Positions 9,470-19,251 of a stretch of DNA of 43,189 bases are shown piece after piece. A program made the translations under genes and the position numbers. Below the pieces are notes generated by a model. That model searched no databases, had not been told where the DNA came from, and worked only from the letters and a program-made list of their open reading frames with translations. This DNA is from Candidatus Hydrothermarchaeota archaeon. GTDB taxonomy: Archaea > CAYFZR01. Every line of letters starts with the position of its first letter. The first letter of the stretch is position 1. The DNA lies in contig JBHIEG010000016.1 in the NCBI GenBank assembly GCA_046760505.1, positions 1 to 43,189 of the forward strand. Reading direction: 5' to 3'.

Positions 9470-10678
9470 ATGGGAAGGATTATAGTAGTTGTTGTGGATG
9501 GAATGGGAGATAGGCCAATAGATGGGAAAACACCTTTACAGTATGCCAATACCCCGAACATTGATCTTTTATGTAGAGAGGGAATCACCGGGCAAATGAA
9601 TACAATAACCCCGGGAATAGTTCCCGGTAGCGATACAGGGCATCTCGCGATTTTTGGCTATGATCCCTACAAGACGTATCCCGGAAGAGGCGTTTTTGAA
9701 GCGCTTGGTGCAGGCATAAAGTTGGAAGAAGGAGACGTAGCCTTTAGATGTAACCTAGCAACGGTGGATGAGAAGTTAAATGTAGTAGATAGAAGAGCGG
9801 GAAGAATAAAAGACGGAAAAAAAATTGTAGAAGAAATAGATGGGATGGAAATCAATGGAGTCGAAATAATATTAAAATCTACCACCGAACATAGATGTTC
9901 TCTTGTTTTAAGAGGAGAAAATTTGTCTAATAAGATTTCAGATGTGGATCCTCATAGTGAGACAAAAATTTGGAAATCTAAAGCCCTGGAAAATACACAT
10001 GAGGCAAGAAGAACCGCTGATATCATCAACAAACTGGTGGAAGAATCCTACAAAATACTGAAAGACCATCCAATAAACAAAGAAAGGGAAAAAGAGGGGA
10101 AACTGCCGGCTAATATTCTATTGCCAAGGGGAGCCGGAAAATATGTAGAAATAGAGTCCATAAAGGAAAAATGGGGCTTTAAAGCATCTTGTATCGCTGG
10201 AGGAGCATTATACAAGGGAGTTGCTAGGTATCTGGGAGCCAGCATAATCGATGTAAGGGGCGCGACAGGAAGGCTTGATACAAATCTGCATGCAAAAGTA
10301 GATGCCGCATTGAAGAGTGCAGAGCAGTACGAATATACTTTCCTGCACATAAAAGGTTGTGATAATGCCTCTCACGACGGGGATTTCAGGGCAAAGGCTG
10401 AGATGATCTCTAGGATAGACGAAGAAGTTGTTTCTAAATTGATAGATTTTGATGGATATGTTTTAATAACAGCCGATCATAGTACGCCAGTTTTTGTAAA
10501 AAGGCACACAAGCGATCCTGTTCCGATACTATTTCATGGAGAAGATGTTAGAAGAGACTCAGTAGAGTTATTCGATGAGATATCTGTAGTTCATGGCGGG
10601 CTAGGCACCTTGCGAGGCATTGATCTGATGCCCATTGTATCAGATTATATAGGATACTACAAGATGTACGGCTCATGA
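9470..10678 (+). CDS. apgM: 2,3-bisphosphoglycerate-independent phosphoglycerate mutase (archaeal)
   Basis: DGMGDRP, TPL..A.TPN.D, PGSDTGHL, GRG.FEA.G, AFRCN, DRRAGRI, H.KG.D.ASHDG, TADHSTP. Confidence 0.95.
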   Translation: MGRIIVVVVDGMGDRPIDGKTPLQYANTPNIDLLCREGITGQMNTITPGIVPGSDTGHLAIFGYDPYKTYPGRGVFEALGAGIKLEEGDVAFRCNLATVDEKLNVVDRRAGRIKDGKKIVEEIDGMEINGVEIILKSTTEHRCSLVLRGENLSNKISDVDPHSETKIWKSKALENTHEARRTADIINKLVEESYKILKDHPINKEREKEGKLPANILLPRGAGKYVEIESIKEKWGFKASCIAGGALYKGVARYLGASIIDVRGATGRLDTNLHAKVDAALKSAEQYEYTFLHIKGCDNASHDGDFRAKAEMISRIDEEVVSKLIDFDGYVLITADHSTPVFVKRHTSDPVPILFHGEDVRRDSVELFDEISVVHGGLGTLRGIDLMPIVSDYIGYYKMYGS

Positions 10679-11872
10679 GATTGCCTCTTGAAAGGCTTTG
10701 GCCTGCTCTCTAACGTAAATTTCTGCCTCCTCTGTGGATAAGTCCTTTACTTGGATCATGTAATCATAGAATCTACCGTACCAAAGGGAGCGAAGCGCAC
10801 TCAAAACCTCCTCTTTTTTGTTGGTTTTGTAGTGTTCGTAGAATGTCATAACGGTTTTTGCCCATTCTTTTTCCTTTATACCCTTTGGATTGCACAGCAC
10901 GCTCCGGGTTAAGTTGCGATCTTTTATTATCTCTTTCACCACATACCTGTGTTCCTTGCAGCTTTCCATATAAGCGTCCAGTACCTTTTCAGGACTTATA
11001 TTAACCGGTATCGGACTATAACCATGCAATTTCAATCTTTCAATCTTTATGGGTTCTCTTTTCAAATTTCTCCAGATGTTCTCGTAGTGGTGAGCCACAT
11101 CAAACATCGTTCCGACAACTTGGTTGAACATCGGGTTAAGGTGCTTCTTGGGGTCAACATATTTGGTGGTAGAATCATGCAACTTCAGGCCCAAAACTGC
11201 TTCTCCGATATCGAAACCCATTGCAATGCTTACCGAGGTTATGAATATATCTATCCCAAAGTGGTAGGGGAATTTCTCATGCCTGTTGAGTTCTCTGACT
11301 AGATCTCTGGAGAGACCGTATTCTCCCCCTATGGGCTGGCGTATTTTCGTGTTGTAGAGAGCAGCGGTAAAAGGATAGGCAAGAACATTGGTTATAACGC
11401 CATCGTACTTGTGTCTTATATAATAGGGAACTACTAGGTCGTTTCTCCCGAACAAGGGTTCTTTTCCAAGAGACTGTATCCATTCGGGAGACAATGAAAG
11501 CAAGTCCCCATCTATCAAAACCGTTGCATCTGCATTTACCTTTTCAGCGATTGAAAATATGGTTTTTACGGCACTTCCTTTTCCCAAGGGCTCTACCTCT
11601 GGAACAACGATTTTTTTAATATCATCAGGCATTGGAAAAATCTGGGCAAGTTCCACCGTCCTATCATTTGAATGTCCGTCTGCAACTACGACGAGAGAAT
11701 TCATCGCAGGGAAAAATTGTTTCAGTCCCTGTCCTACCTGATTCAGCACGTGGATGATGGTAGTTTCTTCATTTCTTGCAGATATGCCAACTAGGAGATC
11801 GATATTTTTGAATTTCTCGACTTTGGAGAGGATTGCATTTAATTCCATATTGATTCTCTTTAATGAGTCCAT
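10673..11872 (-). CDS. GT-A glycosyltransferase, glucosylglycerate/mannosylglycerate synthase-like
   Basis: ARNEETTI, DGHSND.T, GKGSA, IDGDL (DxD), PYYIRHKYDGVITN, IRQPIGGE, FGIDIFIT. Confidence 0.75.
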   Translation of the reverse strand: MDSLKRINMELNAILSKVEKFKNIDLLVGISARNEETTIIHVLNQVGQGLKQFFPAMNSLVVVADGHSNDRTVELAQIFPMPDDIKKIVVPEVEPLGKGSAVKTIFSIAEKVNADATVLIDGDLLSLSPEWIQSLGKEPLFGRNDLVVPYYIRHKYDGVITNVLAYPFTAALYNTKIRQPIGGEYGLSRDLVRELNRHEKFPYHFGIDIFITSVSIAMGFDIGEAVLGLKLHDSTTKYVDPKKHLNPMFNQVVGTMFDVAHHYENIWRNLKREPIKIERLKLHGYSPIPVNISPEKVLDAYMESCKEHRYVVKEIIKDRNLTRSVLCNPKGIKEKEWAKTVMTFYEHYKTNKKEEVLSALRSLWYGRFYDYMIQVKDLSTEEAEIYVREQAKAFQEAIS

Positions 11873-11990
11873 CTTTTATTTATAGATTTTTTTATATTTC
11901 AGGTCGCTTGCATTTCATGCCTAATTCAATCCTTCAATCCGTTTTTTATACTGTATTATATTTAAATAGAAAAGTCGTGAAAGATTCTTC

Positions 11991-12611
11991 ATGGATGTAA
12001 AGTTTGCCCTATATTCATTCATCGCGCTCTTTATAATCATAGACCCGATAGCAAATATACCTGCGTTTATCGCTGTTTTAGATCATCTATCGGAGGAAGA
12101 GCAAATAAAAACCATCAGAAAGTCGATTTTAATCGCTGCTTTAATATTGATACTCTTTACGGTTGTTGGAAGAACTTTGTTCGAGGCATTGAACATAGAG
12201 ATGTACTCATTTAAAATCGCATGCGGAATTCTTGTTCTAATTATATCCATAGAGATGCTCTTCGGAAAGACAAGCATGACAAAGGGAACTTCAGAGGAGT
12301 ACGAGGAAGAAGATGTTATTGCCGTTACTCCCCTGGCAATACCTTTTCTGAGCGGTCCTGGAGCCATAACAACAGCAATAGTCCTGTTCGACTTAGCAGG
12401 TTCATTACTCGATAAGATATTGGTCCTCGGAGAAATAATCCTTGTTTTCCTTCTCTCCTACCTCATACTCTCTAGGTCAAAGATATTTTACAAAGTTCTG
12501 GGAAAATCAGGAACAAAGGCGTTGGTCAGAATAATGGGTTTAGTACTTGCATCCATTGCGGTACAATTCATACTCATAGGTGTTTCCGAGGCGATGAAGT
12601 CGTTGGTGTAG
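11991..12611 (+). CDS. MarC family membrane protein
   Basis: IIDPIANIPAF, TPLAIPFLSGPGAIT, RIMGL.L..IAVQ. Confidence 0.93.
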   Translation: MDVKFALYSFIALFIIIDPIANIPAFIAVLDHLSEEEQIKTIRKSILIAALILILFTVVGRTLFEALNIEMYSFKIACGILVLIISIEMLFGKTSMTKGTSEEYEEEDVIAVTPLAIPFLSGPGAITTAIVLFDLAGSLLDKILVLGEIILVFLLSYLILSRSKIFYKVLGKSGTKALVRIMGLVLASIAVQFILIGVSEAMKSLV

Positions 12612-12641
12612 TTATTACAAATTTTTATAAACTTTCGAGGA

Positions 12642-14579
12642 TTACATCACGAACGCGAGCAATCTGAAAGCAATACCTCCCAAGAACAGCGCAAATACTA
12701 TCTCGAAGAAAGTTATGTAAAGCGCTCTTTTCACTCCGAATTCTTTTATCAGAACCGCTATCGTTGCTATGCATGGTATGTAAAGCATAGTTACAAAAGC
12801 CAACACTATCATTTGAACAGGCGTCAATACAGCAAGGAAATTAGTTGTTTTATAAAAAGCAGCAAGCATTATCAGGGTTAGTTCCTTTCTAAGTATTCCG
12901 AATATCAGGACTATCCCGACTATTGAGGGCAGGCCGAGCCAACCGACGATTACAGGATCTAACGTCTTTGCAATGGGTTCTAATAACTCTGCTAAATCCA
13001 ATATCTTAATCAATAGGCTTCCAGCGATTATTAGGGGAAATGCTATATATATAAAACCTTTAAGGCGAAACCAGGATCTTTTGAGGGCTATGGCTAGAGA
13101 GGGCAACCTGTAGGGGGGCATTTCCATTATCAAATCCACTGGCTCTCCTGGCAAAACCTTGAAAGCAAATCTACCCAGAATGAAAATGATCAGTAAGTCC
13201 ACGAGATATAAGGCAATCGCCCATTTCATGCCGACAAAGGCACCTACCAATCCCAGAATTACCACAGTTCTCGCGGCACAAGGCACCAAGGTAGCGACAA
13301 AGGCTGCGAGAAATCTTTCTCTTTGGGTCTCCATGATTCTACATCCCAAACACGCTGGAACGTTACATCCATAACCCAACATTAGAGGAATGAATGCTTT
13401 TCCATGGAGACCCATTTTGTGCATTACATTGTCCATCAAAAAAGCAATTCTCGTTAGATACCCTGAATCCTCGAGAATGGATAATGCCACATAGAAAGGA
13501 ACGATATAGGGCAATGCTATGGATATGCCTGCGATTATCCCCTCAAAAATTCCGCCCCAGATCAATTCAAAAACCTTCCCTTTTCCGACCAAAATCTCTG
13601 CATACGGTCTTAAACTAGTGAAGAAATTGCCTAATAGTCCTGATAAGAAATCTCCAAGTTTAAAAATTGAAAAAAAGAGGATCAATATTACTCCAATCAT
13701 TATGGGATAGCCCCAGTACTTATGAATCGTTAACGAATCTAACTTATCAACCAGCCCCAGTTCCTTGGGAGTTACGATTTTTTGTACTTCGTTAGCTATT
13801 TTGTGGGCTATTTTATACCTTTCGGATGCAATAACCATTGAACAAGGCTCTCCATGGGCTTTTTCGATTTCTTCGGCATATTTCTCGGCATTGGATACTA
13901 TTTCGGTGTCCATTTCGTTCATCATCTTCTTGACTTCTTCGTCGCCCTCTAGGAGTTTTACTGCCACCCACCTTGGAGGATACTTACTTTTTTTTCTTTT
14001 TATCAGATTCTCTATTTTTTCGATGATTACCTCGATTTCTTTGCTATACTTTATTTTGAGGGGATTTATTTTCTTCTTTCCCTCAATCACATCGATGGAT
14101 TTCTCCAGCAACTCATAAATTCCGGTTCCCTTGGTCGCAACCGTAGGAACTACCGGAATTCCCAGGAGATTCTGAAGTTTCAAATGATCGATATTGACGC
14201 CTTTTCTCTCTGCGAGATCAATCTGATTTAACGCTATAATCATTGGAGTTTCTAACTCAAGTAACTGAATTGTGAAGAACAAGTTTCTCTCAAGAACCGA
14301 TGCATCAATTACATTTATTACAATGTCCGGTTTTTCCATTACAATATATTCTCTTGAGATCAGTTCCTCTATTGAGAAGGTCGAGAGAGAATATATGCCG
14401 GGCAGATCAATCACATCAATTGTGTAGCCCTTGAAATGCAAGGTACCTTCGGCTTTCTCAACCGTTTTTCCCGGCCAGTTTCCGATGTGCTGGTGAAGTC
14501 CAGTTAAGTGGTTGAATATGACGCTCTTTCCAACATTAGCATTCCCTGCTAGGGCGATGCTCAGTGCTTTCTTTTGCAT
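12642..14579 (-). CDS. feoB: Ferrous iron transporter FeoB
   Basis: [51 protein letters not shown]. Confidence 0.96.
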   Translation of the reverse strand: MQKKALSIALAGNANVGKSVIFNHLTGLHQHIGNWPGKTVEKAEGTLHFKGYTIDVIDLPGIYSLSTFSIEELISREYIVMEKPDIVINVIDASVLERNLFFTIQLLELETPMIIALNQIDLAERKGVNIDHLKLQNLLGIPVVPTVATKGTGIYELLEKSIDVIEGKKKINPLKIKYSKEIEVIIEKIENLIKRKKSKYPPRWVAVKLLEGDEEVKKMMNEMDTEIVSNAEKYAEEIEKAHGEPCSMVIASERYKIAHKIANEVQKIVTPKELGLVDKLDSLTIHKYWGYPIMIGVILILFFSIFKLGDFLSGLLGNFFTSLRPYAEILVGKGKVFELIWGGIFEGIIAGISIALPYIVPFYVALSILEDSGYLTRIAFLMDNVMHKMGLHGKAFIPLMLGYGCNVPACLGCRIMETQRERFLAAFVATLVPCAARTVVILGLVGAFVGMKWAIALYLVDLLIIFILGRFAFKVLPGEPVDLIMEMPPYRLPSLAIALKRSWFRLKGFIYIAFPLIIAGSLLIKILDLAELLEPIAKTLDPVIVGWLGLPSIVGIVLIFGILRKELTLIMLAAFYKTTNFLAVLTPVQMIVLAFVTMLYIPCIATIAVLIKEFGVKRALYITFFEIVFALFLGGIAFRLLAFVM

Positions 14580-14580
14580 C

Positions 14581-15273
14581 TCAGGTTGCCTCAACAAAAA
14601 TCTTCGTTGCTAGACCATGACCAATAGCAAGTTTTGATCCTCTCACGAGAATTTCAACAGGACCATGGAAGGGGGCCGATTCCAAAACCTTTATTTCTGT
14701 ACCTGTTGTCAATCCCATGTCGGTGAGTCTTTGAACTGCCCCCCTTCCTCCTCTTATAAAAGCAATCTTACCCTTTTCGCCGTTTCTTAAGTTAATAAGA
14801 GAAATAAGTCCTCTTTTTCTCGGTATTGAAGCGATTTCCTCATCGCACTCCAAACAACTTGGTATATCTTTGTCGCATGGAGGAATCACTTTGTTATCAT
14901 CTGGGCATTTATCAGGCTTATTCAATAGTTTGCAGAGAGCCTCTTCTGCCTCATTTGAAAGTGCATGTTCCATCTTGCATGCCTGTTCGTGAAGGTTCTC
15001 CTTAATTTTTAAAACATCGCTCAGAAATCTTTCCAGGAGTCTGTGCTTTCTCTTAACTTTTTTAGCAACTCTAAGACCTTTTTCTGTTAGAGTCGCGCCA
15101 TAATATGGTTGATAGTCTATATAACCCTCTTCTGATAGTTTCTTCAGCATCTCTGTTACGCTAGCGGGCATTACTTTTAAGGCAGAAGCGATCTCGGTTG
15201 TTTTAGCGGGTCTCCCATTTTTTGTCAGGGTATAAAGTGTCTCTAAATACTCCTCAACGTACTCGCTGGTCAT
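14581..15273 (-). CDS. DtxR/MntR metal-dependent repressor with C-terminal FeoA domain
   Basis: EEYLE, PASVTEMLKKL, RKHRLLE.FL, AC.MEH; FeoA motif RL..MGL..G; Cys-rich linker. Confidence 0.93.
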   Translation of the reverse strand: MTSEYVEEYLETLYTLTKNGRPAKTTEIASALKVMPASVTEMLKKLSEEGYIDYQPYYGATLTEKGLRVAKKVKRKHRLLERFLSDVLKIKENLHEQACKMEHALSNEAEEALCKLLNKPDKCPDDNKVIPPCDKDIPSCLECDEEIASIPRKRGLISLINLRNGEKGKIAFIRGGRGAVQRLTDMGLTTGTEIKVLESAPFHGPVEILVRGSKLAIGHGLATKIFVEAT

Positions 15274-15280
15274 CTCAATT

Positions 15281-15323
15281 TTTATGTATGCCAAAGGAAT
15301 ATAAAAGTTTCGGTAAACCTAAA
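15281..15323 (-). promoter_or_regulatory. dtxR-feoB promoter with two DtxR/MntR-like palindromic boxes flanking the TATA box
   Basis: TTTCGG-TAAA-CCTAAA (15308-15323) and weaker TTTATG-TATG-CCAAAG (15281-15296), both resembling TTTAGG-N4-CCTAAA; minus-strand TTTTATA at 15300-15306. Confidence 0.7.
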
Positions 15324-15436
15324 AATTTTTATTTTTACCAAAAAGGTTAGATTAAAAATAACACGCTTATGACGAAAAGAGTTAAATAAGACATAAACGT
15401 GACTTCAAACAGATGACAAGATCTGGGAGTTGAGAA

Positions 15437-15883
15437 ATGTTAGAAAAGCTATCTTCGCAGCTCTTCAAGGAGATTGTCTCAAAAAAAACCTCTACCTTGG
15501 TCAGTCTGGCAGCCGGCGTATTCTTCGGTTTGGTATCATACATATTTTTTAGAGGCATCATCGTTCCAGTTTGTCTCGGGATAATAGCGTTTATCGCGTT
15601 TTACATGGTTTCAATACCTTTGGAAGCAAAATGGCTCGAAAAAATCAAAAGAGATATAGACATCGAACTCGGGGAGGCAGGACGTTTGATATTAATGGCT
15701 CTCCATTTCGGTTCCAACGACCTTGAAAGCATTCAGGCAGTGACAGGTTTGTCCGATGATCTGCTAAGAGGCAGAATAAGAATTCTTACCCTTATGGGAC
15801 TTATCAATGAGGAAAGCGGTTTATATACCCTGACCGATAAAGGGAAAAAGTATGTGAAAAGAATCAAAAAGGTTGAGTGGTGA
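15437..15883 (+). CDS. Membrane-anchored winged-helix protein
   Basis: Two N-terminal TM helices; C-terminal L...GLI......Y.LTDKG wHTH wing. Confidence 0.7.
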   Translation: MLEKLSSQLFKEIVSKKTSTLVSLAAGVFFGLVSYIFFRGIIVPVCLGIIAFIAFYMVSIPLEAKWLEKIKRDIDIELGEAGRLILMALHFGSNDLESIQAVTGLSDDLLRGRIRILTLMGLINEESGLYTLTDKGKKYVKRIKKVEW

Positions 15884-16290
15884 ATATGGAAGAAGAAGAA
15901 TTTTCTCTATGCACGATCAAAAATGTGGAGGAAGGTCTGGTACAGATTCCACCTAACATGTTAAAGGACTTCAATTTAACGGATGGAGACAAGATGGCTG
16001 TGGCAATGGTTAGAGACAGAGGACAGATACGTCTAATAAAGATTACAGCAGAGGAAGTTTATAAGTTAAAGATCAAAACAAAAGAGATATATGAAACAGT
16101 TTTTAAGGTTGGAGAATTGCTAAAAAAAGCCAAGATAAAACCATTGCATTCAACAGGTTTCTGTTACATGAAAGAGCACTGTGTATGGGAAGGATTCATA
16201 GAAGAAGACAGAGCAACGCTGGAAAAACTAGCGGAAGACGTTAAAAAGATTGCCAATGTCTTGGACGTAGAGGTCAAGAGGGTGAAATAG
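15877..16290 (+). CDS. Hypothetical protein, AbrB-like N-terminus and ACT-like C-terminus
   Basis: GLVQIPPNMLKDFNLTDGD (AbrB pattern); C-terminal LAEDVKKIANVLDVEV (ACT-like); overlaps previous stop. Confidence 0.55.
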   Translation: MVNMEEEEFSLCTIKNVEEGLVQIPPNMLKDFNLTDGDKMAVAMVRDRGQIRLIKITAEEVYKLKIKTKEIYETVFKVGELLKKAKIKPLHSTGFCYMKEHCVWEGFIEEDRATLEKLAEDVKKIANVLDVEVKRVK

Positions 16291-16314
16291 CATACCTTCA
16301 TTTATTCCATAATC

Positions 16315-17088
16315 TTATTCTATAATCTTTCTTGCGAAAATAATATACCCACTGTGCCCGACCATCCTTGTTTTAGGTCTTAGTTTGCTTGCATTGGGCT
16401 CGTACTCCCTCATCAGTGATTCCACTATCAGGAGGGAACTGAAGTTTGTAGCCTCTAGCTGTTTCAGTATCTTCATCAGCTGCGTCACAGTGGGAGTATA
16501 TAAAACCAAAAATCCGCTCGGTTTTAGAGCCCTGTAAGCGTGATCAAAGACGTGCCATGGATCAGGCATGTCTAAAATAACCGTATCCAGTTCTTTTTCG
16601 TCTATTCCCTCTCTTGCATCTTTCAACTTGAAATCAACATAATCGAGAAGACCAGCATTCGTTACATTCTTTTTAGCCACTTCTAAAAACTGTTCTCTAA
16701 TTTCATAACTGTAAACTCTCCCAGATGGTCTAACGTAGTATGCCAGAGCCATTGTAAGGGATCCTGAACCGGATCCTGCCTCTAATACCCTGCTGTTTGG
16801 ACCTATACCTGTATAAAAAATTATTATGGAGGCATCCTTGGGATAAATCACCTGAGGCATCTTCTTGGATTTCTCCATAAAATCAACCAGAGAAGGTTTA
16901 TAAACAAAGAATGTATTTCCTGTTGAAGAGATGGTGGTAGAACCGTATTCTTTTCCTATTAGGCTATATAAATCGATGTTACCGAGATGAGTGGAGAAAA
17001 CCTTGTTTTCGATCTTTTTGAGAAATTTTCTACCCTTTGAATCCATAATAATTACGAAGTCACCTTCTTCTATCCTCAAATACCTCAC
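16315..17088 (-). CDS. trmI: tRNA (adenine-N1)-methyltransferase
   Basis: PQVIYPKD, VLEAGSGSGSLT, SYE.R..F, LDMPDPW, RP...MVGHSGY. Confidence 0.95.
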   Translation of the reverse strand: MRYLRIEEGDFVIIMDSKGRKFLKKIENKVFSTHLGNIDLYSLIGKEYGSTTISSTGNTFFVYKPSLVDFMEKSKKMPQVIYPKDASIIIFYTGIGPNSRVLEAGSGSGSLTMALAYYVRPSGRVYSYEIREQFLEVAKKNVTNAGLLDYVDFKLKDAREGIDEKELDTVILDMPDPWHVFDHAYRALKPSGFLVLYTPTVTQLMKILKQLEATNFSSLLIVESLMREYEPNASKLRPKTRMVGHSGYIIFARKIIE

Positions 17089-17157
17089 CTTTATATTTAG
17101 ATTCCGTATTCCAAATATATTTATAAATACCTCAGATATTAGAGTTGGTGCCCTCTG

Positions 17158-18381
17158 ATGATACTTGAGTGCATAAAGTGCAGAGCGAGATATCCAGCAG
17201 ATACGGTTATCTACACCTGTAACCGGTGCGGATCGTTGCTAGATGTGGTTTATGATTACAATACCCTTAAAAATGAGATCGACTGGGAGGATATAAGAGG
17301 CAGGGAGTTTAACCTCTGGAGATACCGGGAATTCATGCCAATAAAAGATTATAGTAAAATAATATCGTTAAAGGAGGGTGGAACACCATTATATTTCTGT
17401 GAAAAATTGAGCAGTGAATTGAATATTGAATTATACTTAAAACATGAGGGTACAAATCCGACCGGATCATTTAAAGATAGAGGAATGACTGTTGGGGTTT
17501 CAAAGGCTTTAGAATTGGGAGTAAATACGGTTGCATGTGCCAGCACTGGAAATACATCCGCTTCTCTAGCGGCTTATGCTGCCAAGGCAGGATTGAAATG
17601 TCTAGTGCTTCTTCCTGCGGGAAAAGTTGCCCTGGGAAAACTCGCCCAAGCGATTATGTACGGTGCAACCGTAATCGGGGTAAAGGGAAACTTTGACGAT
17701 GCACTTCATTTAATAAGGCAAGCATGTGAGAGCACGGGCATGTACCTTCTGAATTCAGTTAATCCCTTTCGATTGGAAGGACAAAAAAGTATTGCACTTG
17801 AAATAGCAGATGAATTTAATTTTGACCTTCCAGACTATGTTATTTTACCCGTAGGAAACGCCGGGAATATATCTGCGATATACAAAGGATTCAAGGAGCT
17901 TTACATGTTAGGTCTGACCGATGGAGTTCCTAGGATGATAGGAGTTCAGGCAGAGGGAGCGAGCCCTATAGTAGATGCCTTGAAAAGCAATTCAGGAACT
18001 GTAATACCCAGCAAAAATCCAGAAACAATAGCAACCGCAATTAGAATTGGAAATCCAGTAAACGCCCTGAAGGCAATCACCGCAATTACAGAAAGTAAAG
18101 GAGTTGCAGAGTCCGTAAGCGATGATGAAATAATTTCTGCACAAAAGGAGATAGCAAGTAAAGAAGGGATTTTATGCGAGCCTGCAAGTGCCGCTTCAAT
18201 TGCGGGATTGAAGAAACTCAGAGAGATGGGAGTTATCGAACGTGATAAAAAGGTGGTTGCAATACTGACCGGACACGGTCTGAAGGATCCTGAGACAATC
18301 ATGAAGTCTTGCGATGCTCCTGTTGAAGTTGAATTAGATATAAGGAAACTTATAGAAACAATTATGAAAATGAAAAATTAA
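17158..18381 (+). CDS. thrC: Threonine synthase
   Basis: N-terminal Zn ribbon; EGGTPL, NPTGSFKDRG (PLP lysine), CASTGNTSAS, NSVNPFRLEGQK, PVGNAGN, LTGHGLKD. Confidence 0.95.
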   Translation: MILECIKCRARYPADTVIYTCNRCGSLLDVVYDYNTLKNEIDWEDIRGREFNLWRYREFMPIKDYSKIISLKEGGTPLYFCEKLSSELNIELYLKHEGTNPTGSFKDRGMTVGVSKALELGVNTVACASTGNTSASLAAYAAKAGLKCLVLLPAGKVALGKLAQAIMYGATVIGVKGNFDDALHLIRQACESTGMYLLNSVNPFRLEGQKSIALEIADEFNFDLPDYVILPVGNAGNISAIYKGFKELYMLGLTDGVPRMIGVQAEGASPIVDALKSNSGTVIPSKNPETIATAIRIGNPVNALKAITAITESKGVAESVSDDEIISAQKEIASKEGILCEPASAASIAGLKKLREMGVIERDKKVVAILTGHGLKDPETIMKSCDAPVEVELDIRKLIETIMKMKN

Positions 18382-18391
18382 AGGTATTGAA

Positions 18392-19249
18392 GTGAAAGAA
18401 ATGTACAGCGTTAAGGCTCTGATATTTACTTCTCCTACCTGTCTATACTGCGATTTACTTGCCTCAAAATTGATAGAAATTGCAGATAACGCTAAAATAC
18501 CCCTGAAAGTTTACACAGTAGATGTTGAAGAGACTCCAGAAGCAGTCAAGAGATACGACATCAAAACGCTCCCCACTACGTATATAGGTGAAGAGAGATT
18601 TGAAGGATTAAGAGATGATGAAGAAATCCATGAGATCTTGTACACGTCTTTTACCCTACAGCAAGGATCTCCCCTAGACTATGACGAATTTTTAATCTCG
18701 GTATCAAAGCCATACAAATTTTACTGGCACGAAGTAGCGAGTATAATTCAAGAAACCATAAGAAAGGACTTAAAGATGAATATACAGGGTCTTGAAACGA
18801 GAGAAATTGGCGACAAAGTAACTTCGCATCTTTTCAATATTCTGGCACTTTCTATGATCCAATCGATTAATGAGAAGGATGCTGAAAAAGTTTTGAGGAA
18901 ATCCGCAAGTTTTTTAGGCTCTGTTGTTAAGGAGATGCTCGAGGAAGAGGCTACCGAGGCAGTCTTTCAGAAATTGATCGAGATTTCTGGAAAATTGGGT
19001 TTGGGGATATTTGAGTTGGTGAGTCATAATGAGAATATGTTGGTTTTCCGGATTCATGATTGCTTTCTCTGTACAGAATTCAAGATATACGGACATAAAT
19101 TTGAGTCTCCCTACTGCATTTGGATGGGTCAGTATCTAATGACATCAATTTCCGCCAGATTTAAGATTTCAAGATTCAGAGAAACTAAATGTATGGCCAT
19201 GGGAGATCCCTATTGTGAATTTGAATTTTATGCCAGAAAGGAGAGATAG
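18392..19249 (+). CDS. Thioredoxin-V4R domain fusion protein
   Basis: N-terminal FTSPTCLYC...IKTLPT thioredoxin fold; C-terminal V4R motifs GLG, HDCFLC, PYC, ETKCMAMGDPYCEF. Confidence 0.8.
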   Translation: MKEMYSVKALIFTSPTCLYCDLLASKLIEIADNAKIPLKVYTVDVEETPEAVKRYDIKTLPTTYIGEERFEGLRDDEEIHEILYTSFTLQQGSPLDYDEFLISVSKPYKFYWHEVASIIQETIRKDLKMNIQGLETREIGDKVTSHLFNILALSMIQSINEKDAEKVLRKSASFLGSVVKEMLEEEATEAVFQKLIEISGKLGLGIFELVSHNENMLVFRIHDCFLCTEFKIYGHKFESPYCIWMGQYLMTSISARFKISRFRETKCMAMGDPYCEFEFYARKER

Positions 19250-19251
19250 AA

